From an uncultured Acidobacteriota bacterium (GTDB lineage Bacteria > Acidobacteriota > JAQAZP01), in the NCBI GenBank assembly GCA_963836075.1, contig CAWIIB010000009.1:3452850-3516849 (forward strand): a stretch of 64,000 nucleotides of DNA, given 5' to 3'. Every line of letters starts with the position of its first letter. Within the stretch, counting starts at the first letter, position 1. Shown here in pieces: positions 53,523 to 64,000 of this stretch. Below the pieces are notes generated by a model. It saw nothing but the letters and a program-made list of their open reading frames with translations, made no database searches and was not told the DNA's origin. A program made the translations under genes and the position numbers.

Positions 53523-54674
53523 TCAGGTTAGCTCGGCGGTCGGCGGGGGGCCTGCGGGGAGCACCACGCTGAACGAGGCGCCCTCGCCCATGCGGCTCTC
53601 CACGTCGATCCGCCCACCGTGGGCATCAACGATTTTCTGGGCCACCGACAATCCGATGCCGGAGCCGTTCTTCTTGGTGGTGAAAAATGGATAGAAAATC
53701 CGTTCCAGGGAGTCGGGGTCCACCCCCGGCCCGCGGTCGGCGATGGTCACCACCACCGGCGTTCCGTGTTCCGTCCCCGCGTCCGGCTCCTCGCCGGCCT
53801 GGCGCGGTTCTTCCGCTCGCGCTTCACCGCCGCTGACCCGGACGGTCACCGGGCCGACATTGCCCGACGCCTCGAGGGCGTTGCGAACGATGATCTCGAA
53901 CACCTGTTTCATCTGGTTCTGGTCCAGCAGCACCCGGGGGCCGGGTCCACCGTTCTCGATCTGCACGGCCTGTGCTTCGGCCTCCGTTCCCAGCAGGACC
54001 TGGTCCACCGACTCTCTGAGCAGTGACAGCAGGTCGGTTTCCCGCAGGTTCACCGGCACCGAGCGGACATACTCCAGGCATTCGGTCACCGTGCTGTTCA
54101 TGCTGGTCAGCTCGTCATTGATCCGCCGGAAGAAGTCACTCATCTCTTCCGATTCATTCTGCTCCACGATCCGCCGGCGGATCAGGTCAATCATCACGTT
54201 GATGGCCGCGATGGGATTGCGGATCTGGTGCGCCAGCCGGGATGCCATGTGCCCCAGTGCTTCCATCCGTCTGCGCAGCCGGTCCTGCTCGGCCAGCTGT
54301 TCGATGCGCGTCAGGTCCTTGAAGGTCAGTGAAACCCCCAGCGGGTCTCCGGACGGGGTCCTGATGAAGGTCATGGAGTAGCCGACGGTTTTCCGTTCAC
54401 CATTGCCGTGGAGCGACATCTCCGCCCGGGAGGGGAGGGTGGGCCTCTGAAAAGCGCCCTGGATCAGTTCCACCAGGCGCGGATGCTTGCCCAGCGCCTG
54501 TTCCAGGTTCTGCGAGCCGGTGGCCGGCAGCGCCGGCAGATCGAGGATCCTGCGGGCCCGGCGGTTGATCACCCGGACCTGCAGCGAACGGTCCACGGCA
54601 ATCAGCCCGGCGGAGAGGCTCTCCATCAGACCGGTGATGAATTCCCGGTCGGTTTCCGTGTTCAAATTTGTCAT
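53523..54674 (-). CDS. PAS-domain histidine kinase
   Basis: PAS region, H-box LAHQIRNP, VRNALEA, DRGPG and FFTTK..GSGIGL. Confidence 0.9.
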   Translation of the reverse strand: MTNLNTETDREFITGLMESLSAGLIAVDRSLQVRVINRRARRILDLPALPATGSQNLEQALGKHPRLVELIQGAFQRPTLPSRAEMSLHGNGERKTVGYSMTFIRTPSGDPLGVSLTFKDLTRIEQLAEQDRLRRRMEALGHMASRLAHQIRNPIAAINVMIDLIRRRIVEQNESEEMSDFFRRINDELTSMNSTVTECLEYVRSVPVNLRETDLLSLLRESVDQVLLGTEAEAQAVQIENGGPGPRVLLDQNQMKQVFEIIVRNALEASGNVGPVTVRVSGGEARAEEPRQAGEEPDAGTEHGTPVVVTIADRGPGVDPDSLERIFYPFFTTKKNGSGIGLSVAQKIVDAHGGRIDVESRMGEGASFSVVLPAGPPPTAELT

Positions 54675-54981
54675 CGCACTCCCCGCGCCGATTCCACCTG
54701 GATTCTCACACTGTATAGTCGGCAGGGACCTCCGCATCTGAAGCCCACCAGATACGATTCTGTAACATCCTCTTCCTGGCGACTGTTCTTCCCCTGGGAC
54801 TGGAGGTCAGGAAATTGTTATACTAGCGTTGATATGTTGTGCCGGAAGCTGCTGAAGTACAGCTTCGCGTGTGCCGAAGAGTGATAGTGACCAACAGCGA
54901 GATTCCCTCAAGCAGTAACAGGGATGGTTCGAATCCGCCGGCGACACGGCGGAGCAGCACGACTGCAGGGGAGGTGGTCCG

Positions 54982-55590
54982 ATGGATACAGAAAATAATT
55001 TTTTCCGGCCTGACGGCCTGACGTATGCCGGGCTGGTGGCATTGGCATTCTCGATGCTGTTGCTCCTGCCGGGGCTCGTCCATGGTCAGGAGGCCTCGAA
55101 CGAGGTATACATCGTCGGGGAACAGGATGTGATCTCGATTTCGGTCTGGGGCCAGGATGCACTCTCGGTGACCGTTCCGGTGAGACCCGACGGTCGGATT
55201 TCCATGCCGCTGGTGGGGGAGATCGTGGCTGCCGGACGGTCTTCAGAACAGATACGGAAGGCAATCGAGGAACTTTTGCCGCAGTATTTCACTACCCGGC
55301 AGACGGTGAACGTCCTCGTCACCGAAATCAACAGCCGACGGATCTATGTCCTGGGTCAGGTGCAGGCTTCGGGCGTGTTCGACATGCCGAGTTCACTGAC
55401 CATACTCCAGGCTATTGCCATGGCCGGCGGTGTGACCGAATTCGCCGACCGTGACGGAGTCACCGTGATCAGGCACCTGCCCAACGGCATCGAGCAGCGG
55501 ATCAGTTTCGATTACAAGAAGGCCGTATCGAACAAGGTCGCCGGGCTCGATTTCTTCCTCGAGCCCGGGGACATCGTGGTGGTCCCGTGA
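54982..55590 (+). CDS. Polysaccharide biosynthesis/export protein (Wza/OPX family)
   Basis: Motifs VRPDGRISMPLVG, IYVLGQV, AIAMAGG and LEPGDIVVVP. Confidence 0.9.
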   Translation: MDTENNFFRPDGLTYAGLVALAFSMLLLLPGLVHGQEASNEVYIVGEQDVISISVWGQDALSVTVPVRPDGRISMPLVGEIVAAGRSSEQIRKAIEELLPQYFTTRQTVNVLVTEINSRRIYVLGQVQASGVFDMPSSLTILQAIAMAGGVTEFADRDGVTVIRHLPNGIEQRISFDYKKAVSNKVAGLDFFLEPGDIVVVP

Positions 55591-55622
55591 GGCTCGGGAC
55601 GGGGGTCTGGGAGTTGTTTGCA

Positions 55623-56837
55623 ATGGCTGGACGGCGAATTTCGCAGAGCCTGGTGATACCGGCACTGGTGGTGCTGGCGGGGTTGGTGTCGCTTCCCCTG
55701 AGGGCGGAGATGGTCTACCGTTTTGAACCGTCGCTGGAACTTGCCCTGATCCATGACGGGAATGTTTTCAACTCCTGCTTCCGAGGAGCAACTTTCGGAC
55801 CAACTGGCCCGTCTTGCGGGCCGATCCTGCCGCTGCTGGGGGAGAGCGAGCGAACGACGTGGAGCCTCACCTACGCTCCGGAAGCAGAGTTCTACCGCAC
55901 CTACTCCGACCTGGACCGGCTGAATCACCGGGCCGGACTGGCCTTCAACAGAACCATCAGCCAGCGGAGCAGCTGGGAGGTTGGGGGGGACTATCTCGAC
56001 ACATCGGATCCGCACAACGAACTGCTGGAAAACGATATCGTCATCACCCGGAGCAGCCAGCAGGTACTGTCCGCCAACACCGTTTACTCCGTCGGGGTGA
56101 GCCGCCGGGTCGATCTGTCCTTTCGCTACGATTATCGGGACCTGGAATACGAGGACTCGAGCATCGCCGGCATACACCAGCCACATGGCCGGAATATCGG
56201 CCGATCTGACCACCGGTCCCAGGACGGCCGTGGCTCTCGATTACGTCTACCAGTATTTCCTCTATCCTGACCGCGGCGATTACGGGATCCAGAATCTGCT
56301 GGCCCGGTTCACCGCCCGCCCGTCGGAGCAGACCACCCTGACCCTGGCCGGCGGTGTGTTCTTCCAGGATTACCGGGCGGAGGATGCCGGGGGCGGAGAC
56401 GATCCGGATGGACGCCAGCGATACCGGTTTTATCGGCGGTATCGAGTGGGGGCGGCAGGGCCGGCGGTTTGCTTTCGACGCCGGGCTGACCCGCAGGGTG
56501 CGGGCCAGCGGCGGGATCGGCCAGAGTGTGCTCTCCCATGCGCTCCGTCTCTCGCTGTCCGGGGACGCTGAGCCGGAACACCACGATCAGCCTCAGCGGC
56601 CTGTATCAGCGCAATGAACCGACGGTGTCCACGGAGGAGGGAGACGTGGACATGCTGCGCGCGTCGCTGGATTTCGACTACGCGGTGGCCCGCCATGTCG
56701 GGCTGCGGTTTTTTGCCGATTACATCGACCAGCAGTGGGAAGCGACGACACGGCGCGATCAGAGTTACCCGCGGGTGGGGGTGAGCGTGGTCCTCACCAC
56801 CGCCGTGGCGCGTGACGAGGCATCAACCGTGAATTGA
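55623..56837 (+). CDS. EPS-associated outer-membrane beta-barrel protein (frameshifted)
   Basis: Signal peptide and amphipathic beta-strand segments spread over several frames. Position between the export and chain-length genes fits. Confidence 0.6.
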
Positions 56838-56881
56838 CCCCGGTTTCGCCGGGATAGCAGTGGAGCGGGAAGAGACAGCCG

Positions 56882-58437
56882 ATGAGCAAGGAGATGAACA
56901 TCAGATATCTATCTGGAGGTGGCCTTGCGGCGGAAGTGGCTTCTGATCGTGCCGCTGATCCTCTGCACACTGGTCTCCCTGCTGCTGGTTCGCACCATGC
57001 CCAGATTTTACCGAAGCTCGAGCCTGATCCTGGTTCACCCCAGCGAACTCTCTCGCGATTTCGTCCGCGGCATGGTGGACTACGATGTGCGCCGGGACCT
57101 GCAGAACATCGAGGAGCAGATTTACAGCCGCAATTGGATGGAGCGTGTGGTCCGCAAACTGGAGCTGGTGCCGGAAGGGGCGGAAGGCCAGGAATTCGAT
57201 TCGCTGGTGGGCCGGATGCTCAACCGGGTGGACGTGGATACGAGGGGACGCACCTCGTTCACCATCTCCTACTCGGGCAAGGACCCGCAAACGGTATACA
57301 CGGTGGTTCAAGGGTTGACCGACATGTTCATCGAGGAGAACGTGGCCCAGACGGCAAAGGCTGATGCGGATGCTGCCTTCTACCTCGATGAGGAGATCCG
57401 GACTGTGGAGCAGGAGTTGAGCACCAAGGAAGCGAACCTCGCCGCTTACAAGCAGCGGCACATGGGCGAACTCCCCGAACAGATCGAACCGAACCAGCGG
57501 ATGCTCGAGCGGCTGCAGATGCAGCAGCAGTTGAACGGTGAGAACCTGCGTGACGCCAGGAACCGGCAACTGATTCTGGAGAGCCAGATGATGGGCCTCG
57601 GCGAAGCGGGGCAGGGGGTGGGAGATCCCTTGATCGATGATCTGCTGCAGGCCCGGCAGGAACTGGAGGACCTGAAGCAACGGTATACCGACAATCATCC
57701 GGACGTGATCAATGCCCAGGCGCGGATCACGATGCTGGAGACAGCAGATGGAGAACCGGGCTGCGCCAGCCGCTGAGCGGCGATGCCGCCGACGGGGACC
57801 AGTCATTGTCCCAGGTGAGCAGTTACAACCTCGCCCTGCGCAGCGAGCTGGACAACGTCAAACTGACCATCCAGCGTCTCGAGGAGGAGGAACTCCGGTT
57901 GCGTCAGGAGATCGAACGAATCGAAGGCCGTGTGGAGGCGGCATTCGACCGGCAGCAGGAACTGACCCAACTGACCCGGGACTATGAAAACCTCGAGGAG
58001 TATTACCGGACCCTGCTCGACCGGAAACTGAACACCAGACTCTCCAGCAAGGTGCTGCGGACCCACAGTGCCAACCAGTACGAGGTTCTCGATCCGCCCC
58101 GGGTGCCCCGGCATCCCTATGATCCGGATCCGATCCGGATCATCCTCCTCGGGATCGGTTGCGGCCTGGCTGTGGGCGTGCTTGCTGATCGCCGGGCTGG
58201 AAATCAGCGAACGACGCATTCTTCAGTTCCGAGTCCTGGAGGAGAGCATGCAGGTTCCGGTGCTGGCCACGATCCCGTTGCTCCATGATCAGGCCGCACA
58301 TAGGACGGAGGAAAAAAAGAAATCGGTTTATCATCTCCGCGGTTTGCCTGACCGTGCTGGCGTTGTGTTGCGTCAATCTGTTCGTGGTGGATCTGGTGAG
58401 TATGTTAAGGGATTTCCTCAACACCGTTATTCAATGA
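56882..58437 (+). CDS. Polysaccharide chain-length determinant (Wzz/GumC/Wzc-N), frameshifted
   Basis: LRRKWLLIVP, FTISYSGKDP, YTDNHPDV, LTRDYE, VLDPP and VPVLATIP occur in successive frames. Confidence 0.8.
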
Positions 58438-58452
58438 TCGTGGAGCCGGACG

Positions 58453-59589
58453 ATGTACAGGAAATTTTTCAGGCTGCAGGAAAAGCCGTTCAATCTCACA
58501 CCGGACCCGCGGTATCTGTATCTGAACTCCAACCACCGCGAAGTTCTGGCCAGCCTGAAATACGGCATCGTCGAAAAACGCGGCTTCATCGTCATCACCG
58601 GAGAAGTGGGGACGGGAAAGACGACGCATCTGTTCAATTTCCTCGAACAGCTCGGGGACAAAACGGTTTCGGCGTTCATCTTCAACCCGATCCTGACCCG
58701 GAAGGAGTTTTTTCAGTATATTTTCGAGGAATTCAACCTGCCCTGCGGTGCGGAAACCAAGACTGAGTTCCTGGTTGGACTGAACAAATTTTTGCTGGAG
58801 AAGGCGGAATTGGGGATCACCACGGTGCTGGTGATCGACGAGGCGCAAAATTTGAGCCCGGAGATCCTGGAGGAGGTCCGTTTGCTGTCAAACCTGGAGA
58901 CCACCAGGGACAAATTGCTGCAGATCGTCCTGGTGGGGCAGCCGGAACTGGATGAAAAACTCCAGTCGTCATCACTGAGGCAGTTGAGACAGCGGATCTC
59001 CATTCGTTGCCGGATCCTGCCCCTTGGCCCCGGGGACACCCGGAACTATATTCGTCACCGGCTGAAGGTGGCCGGGTACACCGGGGAGAGGGAGATATTC
59101 GATCCGTGAGGTGGTGGATCTCATCGCCCGACTTTCGTCGGGCATCCCCCGGGTGGTGAACAATATCTGCGACAACGTGTTGATCTCCTGTTATGCCCTG
59201 GGCCGGACGGTTGCTGATCGGGATATCGTGCTCGAGGTTGCCGAGGATCTCGATCTCGATACGCGGGGCGAGCGGATTCGTTGATCCGGCGGATGCGGTG
59301 AGATTCCGGAGACGGAGAATTGATCCGTGGTTCCGGAGATCCCGGAGAGACATTGAGCTCCCGGTAGCCGGAGATGATCCCGGACCGGCATCCGTCCCCG
59401 AGACCAGTCGATTGTTCAAACCCGGGGGGAGGCGGAGTCCACCGAATCCGGGCTGTCGCCGCCAAACAGCTGGGATCGTTCGATGAGGTTCTTTCAGGGC
59501 TTCATCGATCGCCTGAAACTGGAGAACGAGTAAACAGTGCTGCCGCTGCCGTTTGCGGTATTGACCACCGGAGAGTGCAATCGGGATGA
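58453..59589 (+). CDS. ExeA/GspA-like AAA ATPase of EPS/PEP-CTERM loci (frameshift at 59106; end uncertain)
   Basis: Motifs PFNLTPDP, GEVGTGKT, IDEAQ and LVGQPEL. The shifted frame continues GIPRVVNNICD. Confidence 0.8.
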
Positions 59590-60490
59590 GCAAGATACAT
59601 GAAGCGCTGAAGAGGGCTGCCGGCACGTCAGACGAGGCGACGAGCGAAGTCCCTTCCCACACCGCCGGACCCGGCAGCGAAGATTCCACCGGTAGGCGGA
59701 CAAAGGGCATCGGATACCCCGGCCGGCACACTCGAGATCTCCACCAGGATGAGGTCGAATCGCCGGCCCTGCGGTTCGACATGATCGGGCTCACCAGGTG
59801 GAGGCGCACAACTTCCTGGTAGCCGAACATGCACCAAAATCCATGGCCGCGGAACAGTTCCGAACTCTGCGAACCCGGATTCAGCGCATCTCCAGCGGTT
59901 CACCGCGCAAGCTCCTTCTGGTGACCAGTCCCGGCCCCGGGGAAGGAAAAACCCTGGTCAGCGTCGAATCTGGCGATGAGCCTGGCCCAGGAGGTGGATT
60001 CCAGGGTCCTGCTGGTGGGTTGTGACCTTCGTCGCCCCAGCTTCCACCGGTTACTTGGAATGCCGGACGATCGAGCAGCCAGGTCTGACCGAATATCTCA
60101 AGGGTCAGTGTCTCACTGGAGAAGGCCATCTGGCGGTTTGGCGGGACCAGCCTCCATGTTCTACTCGCCGGTTCGGTGCCCGAAAATCCCAGTGAACTGC
60201 TCGGCTCCCGGCGAATGGCAAGGACCCTTGACTATCTCGCCGGGCAATTCGACCAGGTTGTGCTTGACGCTCCGCCGCTGAACCCGGTGGCTGATCCCGC
60301 CATCCTGGTCCCGCTGGTCGATGGTGTTCTGATGGTTGTTCGTTACGGTCAGACCGGCCGTGCGAGCCTGAGCAGAGCACTGGAGATCATTCCCGAGGAC
60401 AAAACCCTGGGCATGGTATTCAACGCCGCCGATATGCGGTTTTCCGGGTATTACTACTCCTACGAGTATTCGGACGAGCAATCGGAGTGA
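59586..60490 (+). CDS. CpsD/CapB-family tyrosine autokinase (frameshifted)
   Basis: MSKIHEAL, AEQFRTLRT, GPGEGKT, DLRRP, NPSELL, DAPP and a Tyr-rich C-terminus (YYYSYEY). Confidence 0.85.
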
Positions 60491-60541
60491 TGATGCCCGG
60501 TGGGGATGAGACTGCTGCAGCCAAACCAGGGGAATGGCACG

Positions 60542-61937
60542 ATGAGTCGGTTCGCTGAAAATCGGGTCCTGGTCAGGCAGACCATCATGGTCTCCCTGGA
60601 AGCGGTGCTCCTTTTCAGTTCCATTTTCTTCGCCCGGGTCGCCAACGACAACTGGAGCTTCGAGCAGGCCCTGACGGTGAGCTACATCTTCAAGTGCCTG
60701 CTGGTCACCTCGATCCTCACCATCTGTTTCTACTACAACGGGCTCTACGACCTGGCCCAGGTGATCAAGGATCCGATCTCTTCGATCATCCGGTTTCTGC
60801 GGGCCTTCGGGACCGGGGCGATACTGCTCGCCATCGCCTACTGGCTCGTACCGTCACTGGCCATCGAGCGCGACATCGTGCTGACCTTCCTCGTTGTCCA
60901 GCTGGCGTTGTTCACCGTGTTGCGCATCGGTTTTTTCCGCTGGGCGATCACTTCTCCGATCTTTGCCCGGCGGATCCTCGTGGTGGGCACCGATCAGATG
61001 GCGATGAAGATCGCCAGGGAAATCGTGCAGCGGGTCGAGACCGGATATACAGCTGCAGGGGTTCGCCCACGAGAGCCAGGAGATGATGGGGCAGGAGGTG
61101 ATGGGATTTCCGGTGGTCTGCTCCTATGAGCAGATCCACGATTACTGCAACGAGAACCAGGTGGGCATCATCGTGGTGGCGCTCTCCGACCGGCGTGCCC
61201 AACTGCCCCTGTGGCAGCTGCTGGAGTGCAAGATGAGGGGCGTGGCCATCGAGGAGGTGACCGCTTTTTACGAGAAGATGACCGGGCAGATCATGGTCGA
61301 GGACATCAAGCCCAGTTCGATCATCTTTTCCGAAGGATATCGTATTTCCAGGGTCCAGCTGACGATCAAAAGGCTGCTGGACATCGCCCTCTCGTTGATT
61401 GGGCTGATTCTGGCTGCCCCCATCCTTGCCGTGGCGGCGGTGTTGATCCGATTGAACTCCCGCGGCGGCGTATTCTATTTCCAGGAACGGGTGGGGCAAC
61501 ACGGCAAACCTTTCACCCTGATCAAGCTGCGGACGATGATTAGCGATGCCGAAAAGGAGACCGGGCCGGTGTGGACCACGTCCAACGACCCGCGGGTGGA
61601 CCGGTTGGGTAAAGTTCTCCGGTTGACCCGGGTGGACGAAATTCCGCAAATGTGGAACGTGTTGCGCGGGGACATGAGCTTTGTCGGCCCGCGACCGGAG
61701 CGCCAGTTTTTCATCCGGGAACTCCAGGAGGAAATCCCTTTCTACATTCAGCGCCTGGCGGTGAAGCCGGGACTCACCGGCTGGGCCCAGGTCCGGTTCC
61801 ATTATGCCGCCAGCAAGGAACAGACGCTGATCAAGCTGCAGCACGATCTCTACTACATCAAGCACCTCTCGGTGGTGCTCGACCTGATCATCGTTCTGGA
61901 TACCATCCGGGTGGTGATCCTGGGCAAGGGGCAATAG
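60542..61937 (+). CDS. Priming sugar transferase (XrtA/PEP-CTERM-type), frameshift near 61055
   Basis: N-terminal TM helices, KRLLDI, QERVG, KLRTM, RVDEIPQ, GDMSFVGPRPE and KPGLTGWAQ. Confidence 0.9.
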
Positions 61938-61986
61938 CGGCCGCAGGTGGTGGTGCAGGATGGCCAGGAATGAAAGACACAGCAGG

Positions 61987-62848
61987 ATGAGCGGCTGAAC
62001 CGGCCAACGGACTTACCGTCGACGTGGAGGAGTATTTCCAGGTCTCGAATTTCGACCGGGTGATCTCCCGGGAGGATCCTGGGACGGCCTTCCTTCCCGG
62101 GTCTGCGACTCGATGTTCCGGATCCTGGACGAGATGGAGCGCGACGGTGTCCGCGCCACCTTTTTCATCCTCGGCTGGGTGGCCAGCCGGCACCCGGAAC
62201 TGGTTCGCCGGATTCACGATGCGGGTCACGAGGTGGCCTCCCACGGCACCGGACACCGGACGGTCTACGACCTCACCGCCGACCAGTTTCGCCAGGACGT
62301 CACCGAGGCGAAACAGATCCTGGAGGATATCATCGGCGAGCCGGTGATCGGCTACCGGGCGCCCAGCTATTCGATTACACGCCGCAGCTGGTGGGCCCTG
62401 GAGATCCTGGCCGAGACGGGATACCGCTACGATTCCAGCATCTTTCCCATCCGGCACTACCGCTACGGGATCCCGGGGTATGAGCGTTTTCCGCACCGGA
62501 TCGACCTGGGGAACGGCGCGGGCATCTGGGAGTTTCCCTTGACCACCGTTTCATTGCTCGGCTTCAATTTTCCCATTGCCGGCGGGGCCTATCTCCGGTT
62601 CCTGCCGGCGTGGCTGGTTCGCTCCGGTCTGCGGTGGGTCAACCAGACGGGAAGGAAAGCCGGCGGTGATCTATTTTCATCCCTGGGAGATCGACGACGG
62701 CCAGCCGCGGCAGAAGGTGAGCTGGCCGATACGGATAAACCACTACTACAATCTGTCCCGCATGCTGGGCAAACTGCAGAAGATCTGGCGCAGCGGCCGC
62801 TACCTGCCACTGCGGGAGATTCTGGAACAGTCATACGGACTGGAGTGA
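61987..62848 (+). CDS. XrtA-system-type polysaccharide deacetylase (DUF3473), frameshifted
   Basis: Motifs TVDVEEYFQV, ATFFILGW, GHEVASHG, GYRAPSYSI, GGAYLR and YFHPWEID. Confidence 0.85.
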
Positions 62849-62891
62849 ACGGCCGGGGCCGGACCTGGACGAGAAGGGGAGAAGCTGAACG

Positions 62892-63150
62892 ATGGCTGAA
62901 GACGTGCGGTTGACCTTGCGGACATTACATCATGGACAACTTTCTGATGTCGGAGGACGATACTGCCCTGGAAGACGGGCAATCGCTGCTCGATACCGGG
63001 GTGATCGACTCCACCGGTGTTCTGGAATTGATTCAGTATCTCGAGGAGACGTTCGGGTTCGCGGTGGATGATGAGGAACTGATTCCCGAGAACCTCGACT
63101 CGGTGGACAACCTGGTGGCCTTCGTCGGCCGCAAGCAGCAGGTGGCGTGA
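62892..63150 (+). CDS. Acyl carrier protein (frameshift near the 5' end)
   Basis: SLLDTGVIDSTGVLEL (phosphopantetheine Ser) and ENLDSV. Confidence 0.85.
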
Positions 63151-63169
63151 TCACTGGAGAGCAGAGACC

Positions 63170-64000
63170 ATGACGCTGATCGATCAATTCCCGGCGCGGT
63201 GGGCCCGCGAGACCCCGGCGGCCACGGCTGCCGTGCACCTCGACACCGAGCTGAGCTACGCGGAACTGGAGGAGAACACGGCGCGAACGGCCGGGCTGCT
63301 CCGTGCCTGCGGTGTGGCTCCGGGCGACCGGGTGGCGGTGATCCTCGACAACGGTCTGGACTATCTTTGCGCCTTCTTCGGCATTCTGCGGGCCGGTGCG
63401 GTGGTGGTGGGCATCAACCCGGCCAACACGCCCCGTGAGATCACCTATGTTTTCGGTCACTGCGGCGTCTCGGCGGTCATTGCCCAGCCCAGGAACCTGG
63501 CGGCGCTGAAAAAGGTCCTGCCGGCGGTTCCCGCGGTGGACAACCTGTTCCTCAGCGGTTCCCCGGCAGCGGGAGCGGAACAGGGGCTCCCCGAGGGTGT
63601 CTCCTGCCGCTGGCTGCGGCAGCCGCCTGAATCAGGCGGTGCCCCTCGAGGTTTCCCCTCACCGCAGCGATACGGAACTGGCGACGATCATCTACACCTC
63701 GGGAACCACCGGGAAACCGAAAGGGGTCATGCTGACCCACCGCAACCTCGCCGCCAACACGGCCTCCATCGTCGACTATCTGGGTCTGACCGCCGGGGAC
63801 AGCGTGATGGTGGTGCTGCCCTTCTACTATTCCTACGGCCTCTCCCTGCTGCTGACCCACACCGCGGTTGGCGGCCGGCTGGTGATCGACAACCGCTTCG
63901 CCTATCCGAACAAGGTCCTCGAGACCATGGAGCAGCAGCAGGTGACCGGGTTCGCCGGGGTCCCCTCCACCTTTGCCATCCTGGTCCACAAGTCGTCCAT
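63170..64000 (+). CDS. AMP-dependent acyl-CoA/acyl-ACP ligase, 3' partial and frameshifted
   Basis: Motifs IIYTSGTTGKPKGVMLTH, LPFYYSYGLS and GVPST. Confidence 0.88.
   Translation, partial: MTLIDQFPARWARETPAATAAVHLDTELSYAELEENTARTAGLLRACGVAPGDRVAVILDNGLDYLCAFFGILRAGAVVVGINPANTPREITYVFGHCGVSAVIAQPRNLAALKKVLPAVPAVDNLFLSGSPAAGAEQGLPEGVSCRWLRQPPESGGAPRGFPSPQRYGTGDDHLHLGNHRETERGHADPPQPRRQHGLHRRLSGSDRRGQRDGGAALLLFLRPLPAADPHRGWRPAGDRQPLRLSEQGPRDHGAAAGDRVRRGPLHLCHPGPQVVH

Noticed and set aside
54862-54877. Possible minus-strand sigma54 site CGGCACACGCGAAGCT before the PAS kinase
   Set aside because: The GG-N10-GC spacing fits but the -12 element lacks TT, so it is too weak to call.
59101-59112. TGA in the ExeA-like gene as possible selenocysteine or readthrough
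   Set aside because: Homology continues in a different frame (GIPRVVNNICD), so this is an indel and not recoding.

Overview
GC-rich bacterial chromosomal window, probably Acidobacteriota-like (inferred from the style of the RsbV/RsbW pair and the gene content). About 57 genes. Housekeeping genes: asnB-like, nfeD/slipin, lnt, prfB with a genuine programmed +1 frameshift, a ROK kinase, PBP1A, uvrB, rnc, rsbW/rsbV, ftsK and rsmA. There is a complete moxR-DUF58-batABCDE operon and an envC-S41-yibQ cell-envelope cluster. A signalling block of two histidine kinases, three sigma54 enhancer-binding regulators and a degenerate GGDEF protein leads into an XrtA/PEP-CTERM-type exopolysaccharide locus that runs off the right edge. 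Many genes, including ftsK and uvrB, carry single-base frameshifts, which look like long-read indel errors rather than pseudogenes. No rRNA, tRNA, CRISPR array or transposase was seen. Best leads: (1) an unannotated ~230-nt highly structured RNA with its own sigma54 promoter and terminator, back-to-back with the sigma54 promoter of the bat operon; (2) an S41 protease lacking both catalytic residues; (3) a secreted hydrolase with a distinctive C-terminal NQPPYP domain; (4) a two-tier sigma54 cascade with a probable c-di-GMP receptor and a terminator-bearing leader upstream of the EPS locus.
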